Shown here one piece after another: positions 57,101-64,000 of a stretch of DNA of 64,000 nucleotides. The stretch comes from an uncultured Clostridia bacterium (GTDB lineage Bacteria > Bacillota > Clostridia > Christensenellales > UBA1242), in assembly GCA_947629745.1 (NCBI GenBank), contig CANREZ010000002.1, positions 210-64,209 on the forward strand, given 5' to 3'. Position 1 is the stretch's first letter; each line of letters starts with the position of its first letter. A program made the position numbers and the translations under genes. The notes under the pieces were generated by a model. That model had not been told where the DNA came from. It did not search any database and worked only from the letters and a program-made list of their open reading frames with translations.

Positions 57101-60100
57101 CCAATAGTAGACTGACCGCAGGTTTTGTCTACCGCAATGCAAATGGTGCTAAGATATCTTACTGCTATACTACTAGTAGATTGATATTAGGAGATCAAGA
57201 ACTGCAGAGCGGCGCACATGGCAAGTTCACTGGCAAAGACTCCACCAATACTCCACAGGCTCGAGAAGAGGATTATGTGGGATGCTACTACCTAGTAGCC
57301 CAAGGCGAGTATGAGGACTTGGTCGAACCAGCAAAACCAATTGACGTCAGCATCACATTTAGTGCAGACAATGATAATATCGACGCATTCTCCTATATGG
57401 GTACATATTATGGATATTCCATTTCCAATTCCCCAAGCGGTCTTGAGAGATGGTATATGTCGAGCGATTTAGGTCCAAGGCTAGATCTCACGACGACTTA
57501 TTCGTTCCGTGAACTCGAAGCCCGAGACACTACTAGCGATATGTACAATTACACATACGATAGCGCACATCAATACGGTGGCGCTGACAACCCATTATTA
57601 GTCAATACTGGTGAAGAATTCGTACGTTTCATCACCAATATGTCAAAGATTTATACTGTAAATAATGAGCAATATTACATCTTCGGCGCAATTGATGGAG
57701 ATAATGAGGCAGGCAATGCAGTGTACAATGTGAGGTTAGTGAATAACTTCTCCTTTGGCACGAACGCAAACCAGCCATACAATTATATAGACGGAGTCAC
57801 TCCACTATATCTATCTCAGATAATATTTGCAGGCAAACTGGACGGCAACGGCATGACCATGCGTGATATGGACTTGCACGATGAGATTGGTCTAGAGGGC
57901 AAGCAGAGTTATGGATTATTTAAGTCACTAGGTCTGCCAAATGCACTTGCTACAGTTACAGGCATTTCTGCTCCATACAGCATCATAAAGGACTTAAATA
58001 TCACCGTGACAAATGTATCCTCACCAACTAGTAGTTTCGTAGGCACTCTCGGTGGTGTGGCATACAATACCACATTCATCAATACTAAGATCACCGGCAA
58101 TGATGGCAGCATGGTGGATGGCAGGAATGTGGTTGGTGGCCTAGTCGGTGCAGTAGTGGAGAATAGTAGTCTAAAAGACGTGACTGTATCAGTCTCTGCT
58201 AGTAGCACATACACCGCATCTATCAGTGATACAAATAGTGATATTTACGACTACGGTGTGCCAACATATGTAACAAATACCAATGCTTATGGCGAACTAG
58301 TCATGGATACTACAAATGGTGTGTCCTACACCGGTGGTGTGGCAGGAATACTCGATGTGGCAAACTTTGACCGAGAAGATAATATGTGGGATACTGTAGC
58401 AAGAGATCTTGTAGGCAACGATACATCCAGTGACTTTGAATCCAAGACTACAGATGGGTTGATGATCAAAGATGTGACAGTAATTGGAAATATCACACTT
58501 TATGGTCAGAATACCGGTGGTGTATTCGGCTATATCGGTGCAAACACTCGTGCATATGGACTAAAATATGTCATTCCAAATACTTTAGCCGAGGGTAGAG
58601 ATAGCAGGATTCAGGCATCCAATATAGCAGGTGGCGTAGTTGCTGAGCTATATGGAGTGCTCGAGAAAGGTACTACAGAATTTGAAGATGATTTCATAAA
58701 ATCCAATGATATTAGTAATCGTGGTGGGAATATTGTAGGCTTTACCAATATATTTGGTAGAGACAATGATGAGATGTATCCTAAGATCATAGGTGGCTTA
58801 GTAGGCCAGATGCAGGATGCAATAATCCTCGACTCTTACTCCAAGATAAATGTGGTAAATAGCAAGAGCACAGTAGCAGGCGGCTTAGTAGGTAAAGCGC
58901 ATAACAATAACTACTTACTCCGTGCATACACTACAGGCTACGTCTATGCAGGCAATGTCATAGGTGGAGCAATTGGTGTGGTGACTAGTGCGGACGAAAC
59001 TTGCAAATTATACTTAGATTACCTGTCTGCACTCAATAGATGGGATAGCAATAATAATAGGGAAGTAGCAAACAAGGTCTACAATCTCTATAGCGGCCTA
59101 TATCGATACACTAAGAATACTACTACTCAGGAGACCGCAATCTCCCCTCACATCACACGTATGGCACAGATTGGTAACCAAGACCTCATAGTGCCAAGAC
59201 TGTCTATTAGTAGTGATAATAAATTAGTTGACCGCAACACGACAAGTTCGTTAAATGGTATAGAATTAAGCAGTGCAAGTGGACTCGCTGTTGACACCAA
59301 TACTGGTATGGTCTATCTGTCAAGTGTACATGGCACAGCAGGAGATAGTGGCACAACTGAGATCTCTGGTGTTAACTTAACATATAGAGGCATTGATTAC
59401 AACGGCACATACCGAGCAGTGCCAGTGTGGAATTTGCCTTATAGTAATATTAGTGCTACGGACTTCGTAGGATCTCTCATCGGACGAAATGCAAGTAATG
59501 TGGCGATCGGCACTAGAAGCAACATTAATAGTGCTAACTTGCCATATAGCTCGATGAATACTATATATAGCTCAACACTAAAGGCAGGCTCTAATAACAA
59601 CAATGGTTATACCGCAAACTATGTGAAGAATAATATAGAGAGCCCAGCATACAATGCTGCGCTAAAATATAATAGCAATAACAATGAACAGGAGAGCACT
59701 GGTGTTGCTGACCTATTCACATTTGATAATCCATTTAATGCAGATGGTGTTGTCGTCAGTATTGGCTGGCAGCGCGATACCGATTACCTAGTAGGTCTCA
59801 AGCAAGAATCAGGTGAGGAGAATGCCTCTGAGTCTGTCAGATCCAATATCTTCAATACATGGCAATTTAGTGATCTGGATATGGCAGATATGTCCAAGGA
59901 ATCCAAGATCTGGATAGTGGACGCTGAGACGTATATCCCAAGATATTCTAACGGCATCGAGAGCAGCATAATAACTATTGCAAATAGTACTCAGTTTGAA
60001 TCCGAGATTATTATACCTAATAGCACTGACACTAGTAGCACATTTGGCAAATACTATTACGTGACAGATAGCTTTGCGCTAACATCAACTGGAAACCCAA

Positions 60101-63100
60101 TAGTCAGACAATTTGAGGGCAGACTGATTGGTGTGGCAAATAGTGAAGGGCAGTATCCTACTATCACAGTCACGGGTCAGTTATTTGGCAAACTGCGCGG
60201 TGCGAATATTAGTAATATCAATTTTGTGGTGACAGGTGGAGCAAACCTTAGTGAGGACTTTGTCAATACCCGTGATGTGGCATCAGGATTATTCGCTAAT
60301 ATCATCGATGGCTCGACTATATCCAATTGTAATATCACTGTAGGGGAAGTCACTCTCACAACTACTCATGATAGCGTTAATGTTGCAGATAACAATCGCA
60401 ATCACTTGGGTCGTGGAATTGTAGCTGGCTATATGAATAATAGTTACTTCTCATCCACAAGTACTGCAAATATTGTGGTAGGGAATGTCACTACTACGGA
60501 TAATAACTATCAATACAATGGAATATTCGGCATGGTGAATGCTTCTAGTATCTACAGTGTAAATGTGACAAGTGGGGCATTCACATATGGCAGCAGTTAC
60601 GGCAAGATCTCTCTTACCGCATCGGATATAGCACTTGGCATACTTATCGGTCATACTCAGAATAGCACTATCAATGTGGAGTATGCATCAAGTGTGAATA
60701 TCACAGATAGTACGACACTAGATAGTATTAGGACAGTGAGTATTGGATTACTAGGCAAAGTGACAGGCTCGACAATTGACCTACAAGGATCCGATATTGC
60801 AACATCTGCAGTGACAATCTCAAATAATACTAACAAGGAGCTAAGACTAGGTGCTGTCATTGGATCAGCTGAGTCCAGCAGCGTAATATTTAGTAGTAGC
60901 AGTGCTATGGGTGTGACAATCACGGCATCCACCGCATCTACATCATATATTGGTGGCATTGGTGGATACTTGAATTACACTACATTTGAGGGAAATGGTC
61001 TGAACCTCACATCATCTATTACTATAGCAAGTAACAAGATAATCAACGTAGGTGGTGCATTTGGTTCCCTCACGGGCAGACAAGATAGCAACAAGTCTAT
61101 CAAGGACATTACTGTAGATACAACTATAGTGTTTGGTAACACTGGCAATACCTATATGATTGGTGGATTTGCTGGTCGTGCAGAACTATACAATCTCTCA
61201 GATATCTACGCTGATGTAGACATTACACTAAATAATAATACAACCAATTCTAGTAACTTTGTAGCCGGACTCATTGGTAAGGCAACGGGAATTGGCGTAA
61301 ATAACTTCTCTGTGACAGGAGCTATCAACCTCGGCACATTTGCAACGAATATTGCAAATATCTCAGGTATAGCAAATCTTGCTGATGCTTCATGCACATT
61401 CGCTAATGGTTTCACCACAGTGCGTGTATTTAAGAATGATTCTAGCGATACGAAGCAACCACTCTACGCATTGTCAAATAACGTGAAAGCCGACTTTGGT
61501 GGTAGCGCTCCAAGCAGTGTAAGTAGGGTTAGATATATCAAAGAATTCTTCTTGTCGGCTTCTACAACCGGCGTGATACTCGGAGGATTTGAGAAATCTA
61601 CTCCAATTAGTCTACAAGACCTAGATAGTGACATGAATGTAGACATCGAGCAATTATCCGGTACTGCTACAATCACGGATAGTGCTGGTATCTATCTAGT
61701 AGATACAGGCGCTTCAGTCACAATAACTAGTGACTTCTATGGCATTCTCATTGCAAAGGACTTAAGTGCAGGATTTGATCTAACTATCACAGGGGATGTG
61801 AAGAACTACGGTGCAATATACGGTGCTAGGTTCGGCAGTAGTAGTAAGTTTAATGAGAACTACGGCGTGCTATACGACTGTATGAGCGCAGACACGATGG
61901 TTGGCACTAACAAAAACGCAAATAACGGCGCTATCATCCGTTGTGGCAATGTGAATAACAATGGTCAAGTCATGGTGAACACTAATGACAAAAATACTGT
62001 AATCTTCGGCTGCTATGCTATAGTGAATAGCGGAAAGGGCATTGTAGAAAGCGGTGCTTCTTACAAGTGTTACTATGCAGGCAATATGACAAGTGGCATA
62101 ACCAATACCACTATCATAAAGATTGACGACTATAATAGTTACATCACAGGTACTAAGACTATAGATGGATTTACAATATTAGACGATCAGACATTCTCTA
62201 CTAACTATGGTCTGCCAGTGCTATGCTTGGTAGAATATAACGGAATGCAAGGTCTCACTCCAAATAACGTGGTTAGCGTGGTGGATAATCAAAATACTGT
62301 GGATATCTACACACCAATGATGTGGAATATATTTGCTACATATTCCAATAATAGTAAGCTTGGAGATATCGATACTATCTCGATTAAGGAAAACTTAACC
62401 TTTAGTAGCACAAACAATATTAAGATGGTGGATAACCTAACCGTCAATGTGTTTGGCAATAATCACACTATCAGCGGATTAAAATTTGGAAAAGATAGTA
62501 CGTCACTATTTGGAACAATTGCATCAAATACTTCGGTCAAGCAATTTACCTTAGTTGTATCAGTAGATTATAAAGATACTAAGCTGGATAACCAGCCTCT
62601 AGGTTTTGTGACAGGTACGCTAAATGCTAATGTGACCTTAGATAGCATCAATATTGGTGCAGCACCAGCTGAAGGCAGAGCACCTAGCCAATTAACCATT
62701 ACTATGCCAAGTGGTGTAAGTACTTTTGGTGCAATAGTTGGATCTATGACAGGTGGCAGCATTACTAATTGCCATGTGTATTACAATTTAACTACAGGCT
62801 CGAGCCTGTCAGGTGGATTTGGAGGACTAGTCGGTAGCGTCACAGGTGGGACTATCACAAATTCTTTCAATCACGGCACATCCTTATCTGCTACAGCCGC
62901 ATCTCATGTCGGTGGACAGGTAGGAACTATGACAGGTGGTTCATTTACATACAACACTGCATTTACTAGTAGCATGAATGTTACAGGTATGAGCTATGTC
63001 GGTGGCGTGATAGGTGAAGTATCTGCAGGTAAAGTAGAATTCGGTGATGCTGTTACATTATCTGGTACCATCCAAAGTAATAGTGCAAGACAGGTAGATA

Positions 63101-64000
63101 GTGATTATATCGGTGGTCTCATTGGAAAGAACAATGGTACATTAAATATAAGTGGAGCTATCACTCTATCAACTACCGTAACTGGTGATAGATATATCGG
63201 TGGATTTATTGGAGAATCAAATTCTGTTCTATCCAATAATATTACAATTGCAAAAGTATCTGTAACTGGTAATTACTCAGTAGGTGGTCTGTATGGTGAA
63301 TTATCTGCATCATCATCTAGTACTTTAAATATTGTAGATAATCCAAATATCACAGTAAAATACTCTTCACCAAAAGTTAAAGGAACAGGCTTAGAATCTG
63401 CAAACTTTGGTGGTTTAGTTGGAAATATCAGTAGTGATAATGATCTTAATATCAATATTGATAGCATCACAAACGGTGCTAATGGTTTGACTCTAACTAA
63501 TACTGGCTCTGCAAACTATGTCGGAGGACTTGTTGGTAATAGTGCAGCAACTCTAACTATCACGATAGACACTGAAATTACATTACCGGCAATTTCGGGT
63601 AAAAATTATACAGGTGGACTAGTAGGAGCTAGCGACGGTGTCAAACTTAGCGCAAGCACAGTGTCACTTGGAGAACTCACTGGTAGCGTGGCAGTAGGTG
63701 GAATAGTAGGTTCTTGTAACACCTTCGTATTATCTTCTGCTCTCACACTAAACGTTACTAAGATCTCTGCAAGTGATGGAGATGAAAATATAGAAACATC
63801 TTCCTATGGCACAGGAGGACTCGTTGGTAATTGTAGTGATACATTCACCGTTAACACAAATACACTTACAGTCAATCTCACAACTACCGCAGGTATCACA
63901 GGTGGCACTCATGTAGGTGGAGTTGTCGGATATATACAGAGAATTGATTGTAATAATGCTGTGACCGTTACAGGTATTGCAATGAAGGATGACAAACCAT
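48181..64000 (+). CDS. Giant surface lipoprotein, 5' part only (>=5,273 codons in window, no stop): Ig-like domains then multiple GLUG-type beta-helix modules
   Basis: Absent from the ORF track because it is open-ended. GGAG lies 6 nt before the ATG. MVKKLFGLIITILCSTIVLFGCGDPYK carries a lipobox. I translated frame 1 at 48181-49380, 52021-52560, 55351-56290 and 62700-64000 and met no stop. No frame-1 plus-strand ORF is listed, which implies no stop. GLUG-like repeats: LLVGGIAGDA, AGGIAGRITG, YVGGIVGEL, VGGIVGLAKGGTISQSY, FGGLVGSVTGGTITNS, YVGGLVGNS, YTGGLVGAS. Module heads resemble FATFDGNGKVITI, FAGKLDGNGMTM and FGNNHTISGL. Confidence 0.88.
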   Translation, partial: MVKKLFGLIITILCSTIVLFGCGDPYKNMNLILSDEVVDLYIGEGDDLLSQDVTANVTGAAKGVRTNVEYWLSGDENITITTSVSGSVTTLHMTAKNLGHSLLTLRTIEGNIKREMQVNVYRKIESVDFASTDLAIANGGSLDLSSVLNFTPADTNQRDLRYEFFDASGNVLNEGYTHFELDGNTLKMTRSINLTDVVDGYIRGTNIPRTTSSKYPYPFIRVRAISTFNETISSEIKDIYITDAVSSDDIKLFAESLSSGMSEVGRNSQGMYEVVLSSNTAGEKTALYDRRLNFRIGDDDSADLGLNYTVNLLEAGKYTDNSANDPVAFVSNLDVEEREGSLFRFRITSHKNGTDTLVFRVQHKSFPNLVSYDIPVLVRVLAFPNDLVITSGGVNIPTLNEEDLFNDARTYQELNVLNLLHNNPSIEAIAFNILPNNQADNRDARITFRIELVTAEGVQMAGMTFVDDRSGRQILGTSETVSPNSELYIYHNILSGDMIRDIAHGKVALKITANCDMNPQSAGHDVYVDSFTKYIPLGYYKNVDTFNVSGEIFLDIVNTESTEVAAQADIISSDIGVDVVPFKLSTRDQNVTITSVAQDSAIENRVSLDGQYLFSIWQSDMRMYAVANRDGFTGQVNISIYDPIRLKNISTNIIVFSPITEESVVVDAINPAFDRNIVLNAKFNNEDTLHQELAEVDFAVRREDEPAKSIELGFYNVINFGNNDTRTVIDSSRVSVRIYAGDRENYTYLSYRDSALFVSYRTYVDPEPIRVVISIRGYNYTTSGEGVVAVTVEKEILVHIYQIISSVDVRTSNSDTYDLTSLGFFDRSVEASDRGHDVSVIDLSYDVANIDYDSVFKRFTITNFDQVVYTYGDIEVTLGDLLFLLRYDEDATTSDIGRAIEINGAGNLALVQYADLASAMVAGGAMPDDETVRILGRDIGFTYNGSIATLKTLAVTNVLDEILTRGNVVANIYVEVYQYKGFDVSITDNVQIRLNNARQTLDIINNIPDDGVYLEVSSRDRQTNPGKYKSFETTFTLSPSGVFNNKLVVTNIPNIVTVEYNNQILSVGDVIESGLPLTFRSKDASGTGLFTVAAMDSYTREDFARLTRSVRVTVADGRNTAFHVADVEDFLQIGSEANNGFNYMQTKDISLPANRYITDFAGSYDGLYTYYDADSAVHYVQTTIANLNITSGTGNIGLFAHVASNATIKNIVVLGAQIRLDNVTSDVNIGILSGNLEGELLSTDNGITRVQGSITVSLGSVAAANIGGVIGKSGKDLIFLNNTVDINNADVEINITGSATTLLVGGIAGDATSSITGAITRGVIKAENAIAGGIAGRITGKAINDVVSQTVISGGKYVGGIVGELNNANVNRAQVEFITSEVSLQASEYVGSIAGHSTSSDITASYGRSYTEPTDKNNMTAKTVGGIVGLAKGGTISQSYFDGYITYSESTNQNIGYIIGADEETNVETAGDSVDLTTIDRSFAYVEGTLKENTDVLPYVSNRKTDDSMMEVTLKSGFDPDKADELKEKGLKLLDGSKSETTLSGEYWIDGVKLSGVTGKESRYQAYSIIDATIKKEVQNDTTHRYFVSKIDNKDVIVGVIRPADGDYTSEQWTNDDQFNTNKDNLQVEPYGGEFYKGARKYDGEEQTGEGNTPYRVTVKGITENRATDLNGEISNDKIYFVAYYTYRNYTLAGADGKTSIKLRNIPGIVASYLANKDGKGSIAKGLEDESGWNVNDSVTLNDMQKVAVEANASSNVFASMKFNINVVDGASASGTVTLTGYDWIQYVLSTDAVNHNLPVQIVDGRPLYNLLPTTISSVIHDSEFNVNNSNFKIDETHVVLTYNEPESGSNVLDINNLYTIGLYEDSTTQTISYKLGVPENLSNGLFNVDSRVNLSFDKSGVIEAVALSSGSNLRVVGEGEVKLTIASRLNPSVSVDVNILVVRGVKDLIVSDDARNTLGNNASMLAYVNSSSVYTFTPTNTYRPSANSQTYSYKANEALGYRVTLASDSVADMGEKELFSLGNVTVKASELASGKTIYVDSIEPLVITGLLKCNGVNVTITPYIKINNSTYNFAKGNEDSANGIYLDELTRTYVLTILERAHDMTAAKEVKFTTYTPVEFDVSYVTTSVDDIDGNLSLNNEDLVLDTSSIGNYGILSVSSPKIESLGSNNEYRVTYTISISFNKDMYRIPGSTVQASEFSVVFNPRSNPDNKVTTLVKFDTVKVEKLQTYFYPSAMLDRTNTDELELNESPSGYIVPGRTGLLKINALPAFASIDQIEVRATGDYVPYLLFNQYVARYDGDSVLSRFDWYSQGPDAANVLVARRVSNVIGNVFEYDGSYYIRIILADNAPVGGTLQIQLLVHSADQGDMTFTVSMDVVNRPEIAVQIDGSDDTVLAAGMRKKIDVQGSTYDNIRFNVYEIDAAGDRVPVSDSRVEVVHEGDEYYLVSRDTTRFGYTYFVEFTAEKMYNGMREEAIDTIRVQAVKYEITGFNISGALSGHVVIKNSATFNLYMNISTSVSPAVDISEDFMIFDSVANGLFTYYYTVDDVYLSMVNNPWYEVVGDTFTPLGRGMSAGPNGEYRFYPSDTENNRLPYILARKLTTPNNMPQIAAELDYYYDSLGYPRLYVRDMNLSKYYARVESFTLEIQENSTYDHPNPIFNVDDFMAMNNPEAHYILVSDLVLNNWRPLAAQFATFDGNGKVITINSFNTTMDSSSAAGNYGIFTSIPNGAVAKNITVDVSPLLRETKATSASVDLSSFGQVNFGVLAATNSGTITNCKIVARDDGNENAKYLNILTGPLASTNIGGIVATNAGSITNSSVGLIYINGSDASREVYINSSSSTISTSEGDETWTTTNSGASSMNIKSFWIVGNQHIGGVASTSSGVIASTYVNGVGIMNSSSTTQNTTTGGFVAENSGTIFASFVQGIYSSSNSDSKYRTDESIFIETKGDAGAFLHTNSGSINDCYSAMNIKTNSRLTAGFVYRNANGAKISYCYTTSRLILGDQELQSGAHGKFTGKDSTNTPQAREEDYVGCYYLVAQGEYEDLVEPAKPIDVSITFSADNDNIDAFSYMGTYYGYSISNSPSGLERWYMSSDLGPRLDLTTTYSFRELEARDTTSDMYNYTYDSAHQYGGADNPLLVNTGEEFVRFITNMSKIYTVNNEQYYIFGAIDGDNEAGNAVYNVRLVNNFSFGTNANQPYNYIDGVTPLYLSQIIFAGKLDGNGMTMRDMDLHDEIGLEGKQSYGLFKSLGLPNALATVTGISAPYSIIKDLNITVTNVSSPTSSFVGTLGGVAYNTTFINTKITGNDGSMVDGRNVVGGLVGAVVENSSLKDVTVSVSASSTYTASISDTNSDIYDYGVPTYVTNTNAYGELVMDTTNGVSYTGGVAGILDVANFDREDNMWDTVARDLVGNDTSSDFESKTTDGLMIKDVTVIGNITLYGQNTGGVFGYIGANTRAYGLKYVIPNTLAEGRDSRIQASNIAGGVVAELYGVLEKGTTEFEDDFIKSNDISNRGGNIVGFTNIFGRDNDEMYPKIIGGLVGQMQDAIILDSYSKINVVNSKSTVAGGLVGKAHNNNYLLRAYTTGYVYAGNVIGGAIGVVTSADETCKLYLDYLSALNRWDSNNNREVANKVYNLYSGLYRYTKNTTTQETAISPHITRMAQIGNQDLIVPRLSISSDNKLVDRNTTSSLNGIELSSASGLAVDTNTGMVYLSSVHGTAGDSGTTEISGVNLTYRGIDYNGTYRAVPVWNLPYSNISATDFVGSLIGRNASNVAIGTRSNINSANLPYSSMNTIYSSTLKAGSNNNNGYTANYVKNNIESPAYNAALKYNSNNNEQESTGVADLFTFDNPFNADGVVVSIGWQRDTDYLVGLKQESGEENASESVRSNIFNTWQFSDLDMADMSKESKIWIVDAETYIPRYSNGIESSIITIANSTQFESEIIIPNSTDTSSTFGKYYYVTDSFALTSTGNPIVRQFEGRLIGVANSEGQYPTITVTGQLFGKLRGANISNINFVVTGGANLSEDFVNTRDVASGLFANIIDGSTISNCNITVGEVTLTTTHDSVNVADNNRNHLGRGIVAGYMNNSYFSSTSTANIVVGNVTTTDNNYQYNGIFGMVNASSIYSVNVTSGAFTYGSSYGKISLTASDIALGILIGHTQNSTINVEYASSVNITDSTTLDSIRTVSIGLLGKVTGSTIDLQGSDIATSAVTISNNTNKELRLGAVIGSAESSSVIFSSSSAMGVTITASTASTSYIGGIGGYLNYTTFEGNGLNLTSSITIASNKIINVGGAFGSLTGRQDSNKSIKDITVDTTIVFGNTGNTYMIGGFAGRAELYNLSDIYADVDITLNNNTTNSSNFVAGLIGKATGIGVNNFSVTGAINLGTFATNIANISGIANLADASCTFANGFTTVRVFKNDSSDTKQPLYALSNNVKADFGGSAPSSVSRVRYIKEFFLSASTTGVILGGFEKSTPISLQDLDSDMNVDIEQLSGTATITDSAGIYLVDTGASVTITSDFYGILIAKDLSAGFDLTITGDVKNYGAIYGARFGSSSKFNENYGVLYDCMSADTMVGTNKNANNGAIIRCGNVNNNGQVMVNTNDKNTVIFGCYAIVNSGKGIVESGASYKCYYAGNMTSGITNTTIIKIDDYNSYITGTKTIDGFTILDDQTFSTNYGLPVLCLVEYNGMQGLTPNNVVSVVDNQNTVDIYTPMMWNIFATYSNNSKLGDIDTISIKENLTFSSTNNIKMVDNLTVNVFGNNHTISGLKFGKDSTSLFGTIASNTSVKQFTLVVSVDYKDTKLDNQPLGFVTGTLNANVTLDSINIGAAPAEGRAPSQLTITMPSGVSTFGAIVGSMTGGSITNCHVYYNLTTGSSLSGGFGGLVGSVTGGTITNSFNHGTSLSATAASHVGGQVGTMTGGSFTYNTAFTSSMNVTGMSYVGGVIGEVSAGKVEFGDAVTLSGTIQSNSARQVDSDYIGGLIGKNNGTLNISGAITLSTTVTGDRYIGGFIGESNSVLSNNITIAKVSVTGNYSVGGLYGELSASSSSTLNIVDNPNITVKYSSPKVKGTGLESANFGGLVGNISSDNDLNINIDSITNGANGLTLTNTGSANYVGGLVGNSAATLTITIDTEITLPAISGKNYTGGLVGASDGVKLSASTVSLGELTGSVAVGGIVGSCNTFVLSSALTLNVTKISASDGDENIETSSYGTGGLVGNCSDTFTVNTNTLTVNLTTTAGITGGTHVGGVVGYIQRIDCNNAVTVTGIAMKDDKP

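Noticed and set aside
48135-63470. Minus-strand ORFs up to 202 aa (51780..52388) and short frame-2 plus-strand ORFs across 48-64 kb
   Set aside because: They overlap the open-ended giant frame-1 ORF. The 202-aa one is the antisense of GLUG (GGIAG) codon repeats and gives P/A/M-rich nonsense. None has start signals.
1-64000. Alternative genetic code or stop-codon reassignment
   Set aside because: Housekeeping genes (mfd, metK, pth, the ABC proteins) are full length under the standard code. TGA (tadA), TAG (glycosyltransferase half) and TAA are all used as genuine stops at expected gene ends.
62700-64000. Apparent drop in GC and shift in codon usage in the last ~1.3 kb of the giant ORF, suggesting a mosaic or recombinant module
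   Set aside because: Hand-counted 60-nt samples elsewhere in the same ORF range from 35% to 52% GC with no clear breakpoint. This cannot be supported without a sliding-window calculation.

Overview
Low-GC Firmicutes-type chromosome segment, probably a spore-forming Clostridia-like organism. This rests on spoIIID, a SpoIIQ-like degenerate LytM protein, dnaB-dnaI, yycJ-htrA and glmU-like-pth-mfd-prsA synteny. The middle (about 22.9-47.5 kb) is ordinary housekeeping: a heterodimeric ABC exporter, dnaB/dnaI, an M1 peptidase, two CPBP proteases, tadA, pth, mfd, prsA-like, acpP and spoIIID. The two ends are accessory, cell-surface oriented DNA. (1) Two very large ORFs are missing from the supplied ORF track because they have no stop inside the window. 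One is a Big_2 surface protein on the minus strand (2044 to the left edge). The other is a giant lipoprotein ORF on the plus strand (48181 to the right edge, >=5,273 codons, Ig-like domains followed by many GLUG-type beta-helix modules). (2) A complete 2,910-aa FN3-like/GLUG lipoprotein (10513-19245) is followed by a SipW-type signal peptidase. (3) A GT80 (sialyltransferase-like) glycosyltransferase is split exactly at a G8 homopolymer, and one extra G restores a ~559-aa ORF. A second G8 tract lies in frame in the left-edge surface protein. Both are candidate phase-variation switches. (4) An apparently unclassified ~75-100 nt hairpin repeat family has eight members at three intergenic loci. 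Two ~400-bp composite copies bracket the SAM-I riboswitch-metK unit as direct repeats, and a third locus sits beside a stand-alone acpP that interrupts spoIIQ-spoIIID synteny. (5) A ~30% GC one-gene cassette flanked by duplicated terminators lies next to tRNA-Thr, together with inverted tRNA-derived fragments. I saw no rRNA, CRISPR array, transposase, integrase or recognisable defence system. All protein family assignments come from motif recognition by eye, not from database searches.
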